Part shown: positions 9,373-18,951 of the stretch, one piece after another | Position numbering within the stretch: position 1 is the stretch's first letter | Layout of the letters: each line of letters opens with the position of its first letter | Origin: Dehalococcoidia bacterium | GTDB taxonomy: Bacteria; Chloroflexota; Dehalococcoidia; Lucifugimonadales; JAGWBF01 | Direction of reading: 5' to 3' | Assembly: GCA_965219565.1 (NCBI GenBank) | Contig: OZ244780.1 | Location: 1,346,146 to 1,410,145 of the forward strand | DNA length: 64,000 nucleotides | Translations under genes and position numbers: made by a program | The notes under the pieces: model-generated | Seen by the model: only the letters and a program-made list of their open reading frames with translations | What the model was told of the DNA's origin: nothing | Databases searched by the model: none

Positions 9373-9675
9373 CTATGTGGTCCGGACGCCTTTCGCCGGA
9401 TCGCGAAGGGGCACCTTTATGACCCTGATGGGTGGAAGCAGGCGCCCCAGTCCCAGACTCTCGGCCAGGTCCTGCAGGGCGAGGAGATAGTGGGCGCTGG
9501 GCCTTATCCCCGCGTTCCGCCATCGCCACAGGGTGGCGGTGGTGGTGCCCAGCAGCCAGGCGATCTCGTCCCAGGTCTTTCCTGATGCCTCCTTGAAACG
9601 CTCCAGGGCCTGGGGGAAGTCGTCGGGGTAGGCATCGCGGCGGACGCACATGTGGTCCGTGCTCTGGCACTGCAT
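9373..9675 (-). CDS. HTH DNA-binding protein, element-specific family (paralog 1)
   Basis: DDFPQALERFKEASGKTWDEIAWLLGTTTATLWRWRNAGIRPSAHYLLALQDLAESLGLG. Shares this motif string with 9682..10041 and 43485..43874. Confidence 0.6.
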   Translation of the reverse strand: MQCQSTDHMCVRRDAYPDDFPQALERFKEASGKTWDEIAWLLGTTTATLWRWRNAGIRPSAHYLLALQDLAESLGLGRLLPPIRVIKVPLRDPAKGVRTT

Positions 9676-9681
9676 GGGACG

Positions 9682-10041
9682 TCAGTCCTGCCGGTCCTGC
9701 CAGTCCTGCCAGAGGTACAACTGGAATCCGTCCCCCATGAGGATGTCGAGGCCCCCCGGAATGAGGGCCGCAAGCTTCACGAGGGCGTGGTATCCGTCGC
9801 CGTCGGGCTTGACGGGCTTCTTGCCATTCTTCTTGGGCCGCCACCTGTGCAAGCGCTTCCTGTCGATGCCGCCGGCATCGGCGAACTCGTTCCAGGTCAG
9901 GTCGCTGGCCTCCTTCAGGCGTTCGACGCGCTTGGGGAAGTCCTGGGGCAGGGCGCCGCTCTGGTAGGGCGCGACGAGGCCGGCGATCTTGATGCCGGGC
10001 TCCAAGCCGTTGGGTGGCTGAAAGTCACTAGGGTTTTCCAT
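9682..10041 (-). CDS. HTH DNA-binding protein, element-specific family (paralog 2)
   Basis: ATG 10041 after a GAGGAGG RBS. QDFPKRVERLKEASDLTWNEFADAGGIDRKRLHRWR parallels paralogs 1 and 3. Confidence 0.55.
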   Translation of the reverse strand: MENPSDFQPPNGLEPGIKIAGLVAPYQSGALPQDFPKRVERLKEASDLTWNEFADAGGIDRKRLHRWRPKKNGKKPVKPDGDGYHALVKLAALIPGGLDILMGDGFQLYLWQDWQDRQD

Positions 10042-10315
10042 CTTGCTCCTCCTCATCGAGCTTGAAGAGCTCGTGAAAGTCCTCGAATCCGAGGGCCTTG
10101 AGCATCCTTTGGCGGATGCGTCCGGAGGGTGCGCGGCCTGCCGTGACCAGCTTTGACATATAGCCGGAGCTGATCCCTATCTCCTGGGCGAGCCAGTTCT
10201 GGGAGCGGTTCAGCAGCGCCAACCGCGCCCAGAGGGACCGGGCGTCGAGGCGCACGGCTGAGCGTGCTCCCCGCCTCCGGCGGCCTCTCGGTTCTTCGTT
10301 CCGTTCCGGTTCCAT
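10028..10315 (-). CDS. XRE-family helix-turn-helix protein
   Basis: Only the last 95 codons of the spurious 645-aa ORF look real. LWARLALLNRSQNWLAQEIGISSGYMSKLVTAGRAPSGRIRQRMLKAL is a classic Cro/C1 HTH. Confidence 0.7.
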   Translation of the reverse strand: MEPERNEEPRGRRRRGARSAVRLDARSLWARLALLNRSQNWLAQEIGISSGYMSKLVTAGRAPSGRIRQRMLKALGFEDFHELFKLDEEEQDGKP

Positions 10316-10380
10316 GTGTTGAAGACCTCCTTTCGGTACAGGATGGAGCCGCTGCTCCACTCCCTTCCCGCACGGCGTGT

Positions 10381-12012
10381 TCAGCGGGCCAGCAGGACGT
10401 GTGCGGGCTCCCAGTCGCCGGGAGTCCTCCACGCCCTTCCCAGCGGGCCCAGCGCGTCGATGACCGCGCCGTGGGAGACCCACAGGGGCAGGCTGACCCC
10501 GGCGCGGTCCATCTCGTCCCCCGCCACTCTCAGGAAGTTGGTGGCGGCGATGTCGTCGTCGAAGACGATCAGGACGGAGGGCCTGGCGCCGTGGTCGTCG
10601 ATGGGACTGTGAGTTGAGTAATAGCGCAGATAGGGGGCGATGCGCGTCGCCATCGTCGAAGGGCGCACCGCTCTCCTCTCCCACTCCAGGAAGAAGGGCG
10701 AGGCTGCCGGGCCTCTCTTCAGGACGCCGAAGGCGTCGGGGTTGACCGAGCGGTTCCGTCCCTCGTGCCTGAAGTGCCTCGACGCGCTTCTGGGCGGGTC
10801 GACCTGGGCCAGCTCCCACCCCAAGGCGAGGGCCTGCCTTGCCAGGGCTGCGACGAAGGCGTGGACGGCCCCGGTGTGCTCGATGTTCCTGAGCAGCTGG
10901 CGGCTCCTGCCGCCCGAGACGTTGCGCCAGTCGCAGGGGGCTTCGGCGTCCACGGGGGCGACGCTCCACCGTTTCCGTGCGACGGCGACGGAGGTCCGGT
11001 CCCTGCGGGCCAGGAGCGCGATCCCCCGTTCGGTGAGGGCCAGTCGTCCGCTTCCGTCGACGGGCCGGGTCACGAGGCCGAACCCTTCCAGGGGGTTGAC
11101 GAGCTGGGACGCTCGGCGTTCGGAGACGGCCATCAGGCTCGCCAGCTCGGTGCGTAGCAGCCAGGGCCAGTCGTAGATAAGGTCGAGGGCGCGCTTCTCG
11201 GCGGGTTTGAGAAGGACGGGCAGAGCGCGGTCTGCGTCCGGGCCGTCGTTGGCGGGCAGGTCCGCCTGCGAGGGGCGGGCCTCCAACGGCAGCTCTCCAC
11301 CGGGAGCCAGCTGCCCCAGGGCGTTGCGCAGATTGGCGGGGGGGCCGGCGGCGGCGGGGCGCCACACCTCGTCCTCGGGTCCGGCGAGGGCCGCGTCCCG
11401 TTCCAGGGCCAGCAGCGCCTCCACGGTGCGGGGCAGCATCCTGCGGGCGTCTCTGAGCCGCACCTCGTCGGCGACCAGGACGAGGACCGTTCCGGGGCGC
11501 GGCCCGTCCCGCAGCTTCCAGAGCCGCCGTGAGAAACCCGTCCTGTCGGCGGCGTGTCCCTGCCTTGCGATCCCCACGGTCCGCCCTCCGGGGAGGGTCA
11601 AGGCGGCGTCGAGGGGACCGGCCCGGTACAGGCGGAGGCCGACCGGGTGGGCGACTCCGGCAACGGTCGAGGCCAGGCGGTATATGACGGCCAGGGCGTC
11701 CAGCCGGTCCATCAGGATGCGCAGCCACTGGATGGAGACGGGGCGGGAGCGCAGCAGGTCGTCGACGCTGGCGCCCTCGGCCTCGGCCAGCGCGCCCAGG
11801 CCCCTGGCGGTGAGGCGGTAGCGGCGGGTCGGGGGTATCAGGTCCGCCGCGTGGGGCACGTGGGCGACGAGGCCCGCGTCCTCCAGCCTGCCGACTGCCT
11901 CGTAGACCGCGCTCCTCGACGCGCCGGACATGGCGGCCAGCTCCAGCCGGTCGGCGAAGGGGCACGACGCGATGACGCTGAGCGTCTCCCGTTCACTGGC
12001 GTTGATCTTCAT
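10381..12012 (-). CDS. Dual winged-helix protein, replication-relaxation-family-like
   Basis: Two MarR-like wHTH modules (ADRLELAAMSGASRSAVYEAVGRLEDAGLV and LRTELASLMAVSERRASQLVNPLEGFGLV). The C-terminal FFLEWERRAVRPSTMATRIAPYLRYY resembles the Replic_Relax family as I remember it. Overlaps the T4CP gene end by 20 nt. Confidence 0.45.
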   Translation of the reverse strand: MKINASERETLSVIASCPFADRLELAAMSGASRSAVYEAVGRLEDAGLVAHVPHAADLIPPTRRYRLTARGLGALAEAEGASVDDLLRSRPVSIQWLRILMDRLDALAVIYRLASTVAGVAHPVGLRLYRAGPLDAALTLPGGRTVGIARQGHAADRTGFSRRLWKLRDGPRPGTVLVLVADEVRLRDARRMLPRTVEALLALERDAALAGPEDEVWRPAAAGPPANLRNALGQLAPGGELPLEARPSQADLPANDGPDADRALPVLLKPAEKRALDLIYDWPWLLRTELASLMAVSERRASQLVNPLEGFGLVTRPVDGSGRLALTERGIALLARRDRTSVAVARKRWSVAPVDAEAPCDWRNVSGGRSRQLLRNIEHTGAVHAFVAALARQALALGWELAQVDPPRSASRHFRHEGRNRSVNPDAFGVLKRGPAASPFFLEWERRAVRPSTMATRIAPYLRYYSTHSPIDDHGARPSVLIVFDDDIAATNFLRVAGDEMDRAGVSLPLWVSHGAVIDALGPLGRAWRTPGDWEPAHVLLAR

Positions 12013-14575
12013 CCGGACGCTCCTTCCTCTGCGCCTTGCGCCTGCTGGTCCGCTTCCACCGCTCGGGGCCGTGGGGAGTCTTCTTCTCCTCTTGCTGCGG
12101 GCCGCTCTCGCTCAGGGTCTCGACTCCCCTGCGGAACTCCTCCACCTTCCCGTGGCCCTGGGCCTCGGCGTAGGCGAGCTGCTGGGCCGAGACGGTGTAG
12201 GCGGAGCTGGCCTTGCGGATGCGGTCCGCCCCGTCCCGGTCTCCCCTCTCCGGCTTTCTCACCTCCATCGAGAAGGAGTCCATCCGCTCCGTGCCGACGG
12301 TGGCGCGGACGTAGCAGTGGTGCACGGGCAGGGACACGATGTCCTCCTCGGTCACCCGGTCCTTCCCCAGCTCCCACACGAGGTGGCGGGCGTCGGAGCC
12401 GGCGACCTGGAAGACGGCCAGGCACCCGACGTTGGCCAGCAGGGTGTCCCGCATGGTGCGGGAGAGGTCGTCCAGCTTGGCGAGGCTCTGGGTGGCGAGG
12501 ATGAAGGAGGCGCCGAACTTGCCCAGCTCGCTGAGCATCGACTCGTAGTCGACGCCGGGCATGGTCTGCATCTCGTCCACGACCACCAGCGCCCCCCGCC
12601 GCTCCCGGAGCGCCACGGTTCCCTGCTCCCGTATCACGGCGTCCACGAGGTTGAGCAGGGACGCGCCCACCAGGGCGGCCACGTCCCTGCCCACGGTCCC
12701 CTGGGAGGTGGACACCAGCAGGACGCCGCCGTCGAGGATGGTCTCGCGAATGTCGATGGTGGAGCGGCGCTGGCCGAGGATGGCCCGCGCCCTCTTGGAG
12801 GAGGCGTAGTAGGAGAGGCGGGTCTGGACGGGCGCCAGGGCCTCGGCGCGGTACTGGCGGTGCCAGCTGCCGAAGTCCCTGGCCCACCACTCGAGGAGGT
12901 AGGGGTCGGAGACCTTCGCCAGGACGGCGTTGCGGTACGGGTCGTTGGACAACAGGCGCAGCCCGTCCAGGATGGTGTGCTGCTCGTTCTCGTCCGTCTC
13001 GGGGTGCTCGTTGGCCTCGTGGAGGGTCTTGACCGTCTGTTCGAGGATGGACTGCATCCTCGGCCCCCACTGCTCCCAGAGGCCCTTGGCGACGCGCACC
13101 ACCGAGTCGGCGGTGCGGTCCCGGTCGGAGAAGACGCGGGTGTCGAGAAGGTTGATGCCGGGGGAGCGGGAGGCGTCCGACAGGTCGATGACGCGCACCC
13201 TGTCCGTGAGGGAGTCGGGGACGTGTTCGAGGATGCCGTCGACGAGGTCGGTGTGGGGGTCGATGACGACGATGGCGTCGGGGTCCCTGCCCTCGGCCTT
13301 CTCCCGCATCTTGTGGACTGCTATGTGGTGCATGAGGGTGGACTTGCCCATGCGGGTGCGTGCGACGTAGAGGTGATGACGCCGGAGCAGGTCTTCGGGG
13401 AAGTGGACGGGCATGGGCTTGCCCGCGGTGGTGTCTCCCACCAGCGCCCCTCCCCTGATTCCCCTGGCCGAGGGGATAAGCCCCTTCGCGCCGGAGCGCT
13501 CCACCAGGGGCGTCTCGTCGCCTGCGCCGGGCGGGTGCCAGAGGGCGGCGACCTCCCGGACTCCGAGGACGCTGCGCCCGCCGAACAGTCCGGGGCCTGG
13601 CGGGTGGAGCAGGGCCGGGTCCGGCGCGGCGGGCCGGACCTTGTCCACCTTGAACCGCGCGCCTGCGGGGTTGTCGAAGTGGCGGTATGCGGCGGCCACC
13701 GGCCCCAGGAGCTCCCCGGCGCGCTGCTGCCCCGTGTCGGCGGGCAGGACGGCGACGACCTGTATCTCCGCGTCGAAGGCGATGCGCGAGACCTTCTCCC
13801 TGATGAGCAGGGGGTCCTCGACGCGGGACCGGGCCTTCTTCCAGCGGTGCCACGCCCACCCGCCTGCGGTCAGCCCCAGGGCCGTGACCGTGCCCAGGAG
13901 GGCGGCCTTCCACATCTCCCCGTCCTGCACCCACAGGTAGCCCTTCAGGGCCGCAAGCGCGCCCAGGCCGAGGACGGCCATCGTGATGCCGTCCATCTGG
14001 AGGGGCTTGGTCTGGTAGGTGTAGGCGGGCTCTCGCGGCTCCATGCCGGGCCTCTTGTGGGCCTTGTCCATGTGGTGCTGCGACCAGTCGGGGCCGAGGG
14101 AGCGCAGCATCAGCCGGGCCACCACTCGCTCCCCCTCGTTGAGGGCCGACAGCGCTCCCATGAGGGCTATGAGGGGGTCTGAGCCGGGGTCGAGCAGGTC
14201 GTCGTCGCGGAAGGTGCGCAGGGGGACGTACTCGGGGCCGTCGGCCCGCAGGGTCATGCTCCACGCCTGCTCGCCCTCTTCGAGGCGCAGGGGGTCGTCG
14301 GCGGGGTCCACCTTCCGGATGCGGGCCTGGGGGTAGTGGGCTGACATCTGTCCGCGCACCACCCGGTCGTCGAGGCAGCGGGCCATCAGGGTCACGCCGT
14401 CCATGTCCCCCGCCAGCTCCAGGGAGAAGGGCTCGGGGACCGCGATGGACTGGAGGAGGTTCTCGACTCCCAGCAGGGTGCGCTCCCCCGTCCTGGGCGG
14501 CGTCACCGCCAGCAGCACGGGGTCCTTCCTGTCGCCGTCGTTTCCAAACAGGATTTCCTTCGGGTTCAGCTTCAT
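11993..14575 (-). CDS. virD4: Type IV coupling protein (VirD4/TraG/TraD-like ATPase)
   Basis: Start ATG 14575 after an AGAAAGGAAC RBS. Two TM helices mid-protein. Walker A ARTRMGKSTL and Walker B ALVVVDEMQTM. Confidence 0.8.
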   Translation of the reverse strand: MKLNPKEILFGNDGDRKDPVLLAVTPPRTGERTLLGVENLLQSIAVPEPFSLELAGDMDGVTLMARCLDDRVVRGQMSAHYPQARIRKVDPADDPLRLEEGEQAWSMTLRADGPEYVPLRTFRDDDLLDPGSDPLIALMGALSALNEGERVVARLMLRSLGPDWSQHHMDKAHKRPGMEPREPAYTYQTKPLQMDGITMAVLGLGALAALKGYLWVQDGEMWKAALLGTVTALGLTAGGWAWHRWKKARSRVEDPLLIREKVSRIAFDAEIQVVAVLPADTGQQRAGELLGPVAAAYRHFDNPAGARFKVDKVRPAAPDPALLHPPGPGLFGGRSVLGVREVAALWHPPGAGDETPLVERSGAKGLIPSARGIRGGALVGDTTAGKPMPVHFPEDLLRRHHLYVARTRMGKSTLMHHIAVHKMREKAEGRDPDAIVVIDPHTDLVDGILEHVPDSLTDRVRVIDLSDASRSPGINLLDTRVFSDRDRTADSVVRVAKGLWEQWGPRMQSILEQTVKTLHEANEHPETDENEQHTILDGLRLLSNDPYRNAVLAKVSDPYLLEWWARDFGSWHRQYRAEALAPVQTRLSYYASSKRARAILGQRRSTIDIRETILDGGVLLVSTSQGTVGRDVAALVGASLLNLVDAVIREQGTVALRERRGALVVVDEMQTMPGVDYESMLSELGKFGASFILATQSLAKLDDLSRTMRDTLLANVGCLAVFQVAGSDARHLVWELGKDRVTEEDIVSLPVHHCYVRATVGTERMDSFSMEVRKPERGDRDGADRIRKASSAYTVSAQQLAYAEAQGHGKVEEFRRGVETLSESGPQQEEKKTPHGPERWKRTSRRKAQRKERPDEDQRQ

Positions 14576-14592
14576 AGGTGTTGTTCCTTTCT

Positions 14593-16872
14593 CTAATGGC
14601 GTCCGGGCCGCCACTCGATTACCGCCGTCTCCTCCGGCGTGGCCTCGATGCGGACCGGGAATCGCTGGCCTCTTGCCAGCAGGAGGCCGTCCCCACGGGG
14701 GCATGAGAGGAGCCAGCGTTGGAGGTCTTCGGGCAGGTCGAAAGCGTCGCCGACGGCGCTGATGGCGGCGGCGTCCTGCTGGAGCAGCAGCTTGAAGGCG
14801 GCGTTCTGGAGCAGGGCGCGACCGGAGTGGCCGGTGATGGTCCTCGACGTGTCCTCGGAGAGGAGGTCCTGGACGTCCTGCGTTATGAACTGCAACCCCA
14901 GGCGGTGCTTCCGGGCGCGCTTCGCCATAGACACCATGAAGGCCGCGCCCTCGGGGTGCTGCATGATCGACCACACCTCGTCGACCACCAGCAGGCGGGG
15001 CTTGGGGTCCTGGGCGGCGGCGGCCCACACCGTCTCGGTGCAGACCATCGCGGCGGCGGGCCGGAGCTCGGGTTCGAGGAGGCGCAGGTCGAAGACCGTC
15101 ACCAGGGCCTCGCTGCCGAGCAGGTCGTCGCCCTCGTCGGAGAGCAGGTGGCGCAGGCTTCCGGTGGCGAAGGGACGGAGCAGCCTCGCCAGGTCGGGGT
15201 CTCCCGCCTCGCTCTCTTGGAGATACTTGTAAAAATCCCTGAATCCGGTGCGCTCGCGGGGCCTTGCGTAGTAGCCCGCCAGGGCGTGGTCGAGGGATGC
15301 GCGGCGGGCCGCGCCGAGGCTCTCGCCCACCATCACCTCGATGAGGCGTCTCAGGCTGCCGATGCGCTGGAGCATCTCCTCGGAGTCGCCCTTGTCTATA
15401 ACAAAGGGGTTCATCCCCTCGCCCGGCACGCCGGGGGAGAGCACGCGCCCTCCCGCTGCGCGGGCCATGTCCGCGTACTCGCCCTCGGGGTCGATGACGT
15501 AGGCGGTGACGCCGCGCGTGATGCCGCGCAGCACCCCCAGCTTGGTGGCGAAGCTCTTGCCGCTTCCCGAACGTGCCAGGACGGCGGTGTTCGCGTTCAG
15601 GTGCGTGCCGTCCCAGGGGTCGTAGACCACCGCGGAGCAGGCCCGCATGTCGATGCCGTAGAGGGTGCCGCTGCGGGTGTCTAGGTCCGGGGGCGAGAAT
15701 GGGAAGAGCCGGGCTATGCTGGAGGTGTCCAGGCTGCGCCACTCGGCGACGGCGTTCAGGCCCAGGGGCAGCGTGGACAACAGACCCTCCCTCTGCCGGA
15801 AGGCCAGGTTGTCCAGCTTGCCCAGGGTGGCGGCGAAGTGGGCCTTGGCCCGCTGGGTCATCTCCCTCAGCGACGCCTCGTCCCTGGCATGGAGCGTGAC
15901 GGACAGCGAGGCGTGAAAGAGCCGCTCGCGCCCGCGCTGGACCTCGTCGCGGAGACGGGTGATGTCCTCCAGGGCGATCTCCGCCTCGGGGGACATGGTG
16001 CGGCCCCGCTTGAAAGAGAGGCTCTGGGCCGACTCGAAGCGCACCTTCTGCCACTCAAGGGTGCGGGCCGCCTGCTCCGCCGGTATCGGGCCGACGTGGA
16101 CGGACAGGTCCATCGGCGCTCCCGCCGCCATGAGTCCCTGGAGGAAGCCGGGGGCCAGCGACCGGGGCCAGCGTCCCAGGTGCAGGGAACGAGTGAGCTG
16201 GTCGCCCACGCGAACTTCACGCCGGTTGACCTCGACCTCGATGGGCGTCTCCTCGTCGAACTCGGCGGGTGAGCCTCCCAGGGCGGCCGACACGAGGAAC
16301 ATCCGAAGCTGGCGGCCTCGGAGGGGATGGACGGCCAGCCCCGCCCTCGCCAGGAGCCCGCGCAGGTCATCCAGCCGGGCGGCCTCGCACACGGCGTAGA
16401 AGCGCCGGTCGAGGATGCCGTCGCGGGCCTCAAGGTCGGTGAGCAGGCGGCGGAGCGACTCGCTGGCGGCCTTCGTCTGCGGGGGAAGGTCGTCGGGCTG
16501 GGCCTCGTTGAGCTTCTCCCGCATCCGGCCCAGGCGCGGAGGGTGCTGTCTGACGAGCAGCTGCGCCGGGAAGTCCAGGGCGTTGAGCGCCCCGGCGAAG
16601 GCCCCCAGCTTCGGCTCGTCGATCTCAAGGCCCATCACCTCGCACACGCCGAGCTTCACCCCGTCCAGTCGCACCGGGCCGTCGTCGTCCAGGTGCGAGA
16701 GCATGAAGAACAGGGGCAGGTCCGGCGGCGGCTTGGGGGCTGGGGTCTCCGTCGTTGCGCCGGGTTCCGGCTCCGTGGGGAGTCCGCTCTCCGGTATTGC
16801 CGGCGGAGCGGCGGCCCCGTCCGGGGCGCTCCCCGCTCTCCGCCTCGTGATTCGTTCAATCAGCTTCTTCAA
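14593..16872 (-). CDS. virB4: VirB4/TraE-like conjugative ATPase
   Basis: Walker A ARSGSGKSFATK, Walker B LLVVDEVWSIM and RKHRLGLQFITQDVQDL, typical of VirB4-family proteins. Confidence 0.85.
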   Translation of the reverse strand: MKKLIERITRRRAGSAPDGAAAPPAIPESGLPTEPEPGATTETPAPKPPPDLPLFFMLSHLDDDGPVRLDGVKLGVCEVMGLEIDEPKLGAFAGALNALDFPAQLLVRQHPPRLGRMREKLNEAQPDDLPPQTKAASESLRRLLTDLEARDGILDRRFYAVCEAARLDDLRGLLARAGLAVHPLRGRQLRMFLVSAALGGSPAEFDEETPIEVEVNRREVRVGDQLTRSLHLGRWPRSLAPGFLQGLMAAGAPMDLSVHVGPIPAEQAARTLEWQKVRFESAQSLSFKRGRTMSPEAEIALEDITRLRDEVQRGRERLFHASLSVTLHARDEASLREMTQRAKAHFAATLGKLDNLAFRQREGLLSTLPLGLNAVAEWRSLDTSSIARLFPFSPPDLDTRSGTLYGIDMRACSAVVYDPWDGTHLNANTAVLARSGSGKSFATKLGVLRGITRGVTAYVIDPEGEYADMARAAGGRVLSPGVPGEGMNPFVIDKGDSEEMLQRIGSLRRLIEVMVGESLGAARRASLDHALAGYYARPRERTGFRDFYKYLQESEAGDPDLARLLRPFATGSLRHLLSDEGDDLLGSEALVTVFDLRLLEPELRPAAAMVCTETVWAAAAQDPKPRLLVVDEVWSIMQHPEGAAFMVSMAKRARKHRLGLQFITQDVQDLLSEDTSRTITGHSGRALLQNAAFKLLLQQDAAAISAVGDAFDLPEDLQRWLLSCPRGDGLLLARGQRFPVRIEATPEETAVIEWRPGRH

Positions 16873-16891
16873 TTCCGTAGCTTCCTTTGCT

Positions 16892-17242
16892 CTATGGGGT
16901 TGGGAAGGGGACGAGGCCGCTCCTCAGCAGCGCGGCCACGCCTTTGGCCGAGAGCACCAGGACCAGGCCGACCACCGCCATGACGACGGCGGCCTTGGCC
17001 CGGCCCCCGCCGCGCTCCTCGCCTCCCTCGGCCATCAGGACGAAACCCGCCCAGACGATGGCGAAGAGGCAGACGCCGGAGGCGGCGTAGGACATGGCGG
17101 TGAGCACGCGGTCGAACTGCTCCAGCATGGCCTCCTTCGTGTCCGGGGCCGCGCCGGTGGTCGCCAGCGCGACCCCGGCCAGAAGCGTCGCCGTCAGCGC
17201 CCGCCTCACCAGGGCCACTCCCAGCCCAGCCGGTCGAACCAT
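16892..17242 (-). CDS. VirB2/TrbC-like small membrane protein (pilin-like)
   Basis: 116 aa with a signal-like N-terminus followed by two hydrophobic helices separated by a charged loop (EGGEERGGGR). Confidence 0.45.
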   Translation of the reverse strand: MVRPAGLGVALVRRALTATLLAGVALATTGAAPDTKEAMLEQFDRVLTAMSYAASGVCLFAIVWAGFVLMAEGGEERGGGRAKAAVVMAVVGLVLVLSAKGVAALLRSGLVPFPTP

Positions 17243-18924
17243 TCGCTCAGGCCGCCGTCTGCCGGCGTCTGCTCGGCGGGCGGGTCTTCCGGCTTGGGCT
17301 CCGGCAGGGCCAGGGCCTCGTAGGGGTCGTCGGACCCCACGGCGGACGCCAGGCCCAGGGACTCCTCGCGGCTGCGGGTAATGGGCGACCGTTCGACCGT
17401 CTCGGCCTTCACGTGCTCCTTGTGCAGGACATCCACCGTCACGTCTTTGGCGATGGTGGCGCTGGGGACGTAGGCGTAGGCCGTCGCGGTGGCGGACTCT
17501 GTGGCGCCGTCATCGCGGGTGAGCGTCACCGTCTCACTGTCGTAGTCGCTGTCCCCCGGACGATGGAGGTGCACGGTCCTGGTGACCTGCTCCACTCGCT
17601 CCGGGTGGTGGGTGAGCTGCGTCAGCGGAGGGATGGGGATGCGGAGGCTCGCCTCCAGGGTCACGTCCACGCTCACGGCGTGAATCGCCTCACCCGCGCC
17701 GACGCCGAGCCGGAAACGGGTCTCGCCGTTGGGAACGAAGGGGACGCTCGCCTGGGACGCGCCGGTCGCAGCGGCGACGGTCCCCGTGACCGCCGTGACC
17801 TGGGCGTCCATGAGCGCCGTCTGGCTGATGCTCTCGTGCCCGGCCACCATCTGAAGCTCGACCGCCTCCTCGACGGCGGCGGCGCACTCGGACGTGATGA
17901 CGCCATTGACCGCTCCGGGCGTCCAACCCAGGGAGGTCATGCGAAGGTCGCAGAGCTCGCCCTCTATTTCGGGGAGCGGGTACGGGATCTGCTCGGGCTT
18001 GACCGTGAGCGCTCCGGCCTGTCCGAGGGTGTCCTCCCACGAGACGGTGAATGACGGCGCCGGGCCGTGGAGGGGGAGCGAGTAGTCGACGCGCTCCCCC
18101 TCGGCCAGGGACGCCGACCCCCAGAAGCGGAGCCAGCTCCCCTCCGGGCCGCCGTATGCCCTCACGCGCAGGTCGATGTTGGTGGCTGCTCTCAGGGTTA
18201 CGGCGGCCCGGTCGCCGGAGACGGTGAGCGCCTCGACGAATATCCGGCGTCCCTCCACCGGCTCGGTGACCTCGAAGTCGATCTCGTCCCGCCAGGGCTC
18301 GTGGTCGTCTGCCAGGGCCGACTCCGGGACGGCCACGACAGCCGCCGTTAGGACGGCCAGGGCCACCACCGGCATCCAGCCCACGCGGGGCTTCCGATTC
18401 CTCGTCTCTAGGGTCTCGGCCCGGTGGTCCTGGCCGTGACTGTTACGCCCGTCCTTACCCCTGCGCTTGCCGAACCAGCGCATGCGCCCGTTGCGGCGCT
18501 CTTTGTTCTTGCGGGTCTTCCCCTTCTTGCGCAGCCTTCCCAGGCCGCGTCCGGCGCGTTTCGCCATCAGGCTCAGCGGGCCGGGGCCGCTCCTGACCGG
18601 CTGGGCCGGCGCGGGCGGCTCACTCCTCACCAGCTGGGACACCGGCCCGGCGTAGAGCCGAGCCCCCAGCCGGTACTTCAGCAGGTCGGCGGCCACCAGG
18701 GGCAGCCGCCTCCCGCCTATCTTCCCCACCACCATCGCCACGCCGAACAGCCCGAGGACGACGGCTATCGCCGTGCGCACCTCGGACGGGCCTACGGGGG
18801 CGTAGCGGTATGCGCCGTAGGAGATGGCGCACACCGCCATCACCGCCACGATCTGCGGGAAGGTGAACCCCAGCAGCACCCTGTCCTCGGCCTGGACGTG
18901 AGTCGGAACCTCGTGTTCTCTCAT
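17206..18924 (-). CDS. PrgI-like (VirB3-analog) membrane protein fused to a large extracytoplasmic domain
   Basis: ATG 18924 after a GGAGGGAGGAAC RBS. N-terminus EDRVLLGFTFPQIVAVMAVCAI...LPLVAADLLKY resembles PrgI-family proteins. It is followed by a basic linker, a further TM helix and about 380 aa of beta-rich sequence. Confidence 0.5.
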   Translation of the reverse strand: MREHEVPTHVQAEDRVLLGFTFPQIVAVMAVCAISYGAYRYAPVGPSEVRTAIAVVLGLFGVAMVVGKIGGRRLPLVAADLLKYRLGARLYAGPVSQLVRSEPPAPAQPVRSGPGPLSLMAKRAGRGLGRLRKKGKTRKNKERRNGRMRWFGKRRGKDGRNSHGQDHRAETLETRNRKPRVGWMPVVALAVLTAAVVAVPESALADDHEPWRDEIDFEVTEPVEGRRIFVEALTVSGDRAAVTLRAATNIDLRVRAYGGPEGSWLRFWGSASLAEGERVDYSLPLHGPAPSFTVSWEDTLGQAGALTVKPEQIPYPLPEIEGELCDLRMTSLGWTPGAVNGVITSECAAAVEEAVELQMVAGHESISQTALMDAQVTAVTGTVAAATGASQASVPFVPNGETRFRLGVGAGEAIHAVSVDVTLEASLRIPIPPLTQLTHHPERVEQVTRTVHLHRPGDSDYDSETVTLTRDDGATESATATAYAYVPSATIAKDVTVDVLHKEHVKAETVERSPITRSREESLGLASAVGSDDPYEALALPEPKPEDPPAEQTPADGGLSEWFDRLGWEWPW

Positions 18925-18951
18925 GGTCTGTTCCTCCCTCCTCACGTCGGC

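Noticed and set aside
10316-11965. Upstream 550 codons of the 645-aa minus-strand ORF 10028..11965 (Arg/Pro/Gly-rich)
   Set aside because: The composition is typical of an out-of-frame reading of GC-rich coding DNA. It fully overlaps the well-motifed wHTH gene 10381..12012. Only the last 95 codons form a credible XRE HTH gene.
11930-14264. Long alternative-frame ORFs 11930..14182 (+) and 12009..14264 (-)
   Set aside because: They overlap the coupling-protein gene, which has Walker A and B motifs. Their translations are low-complexity Arg/Gly/Pro/Ala strings without motifs.
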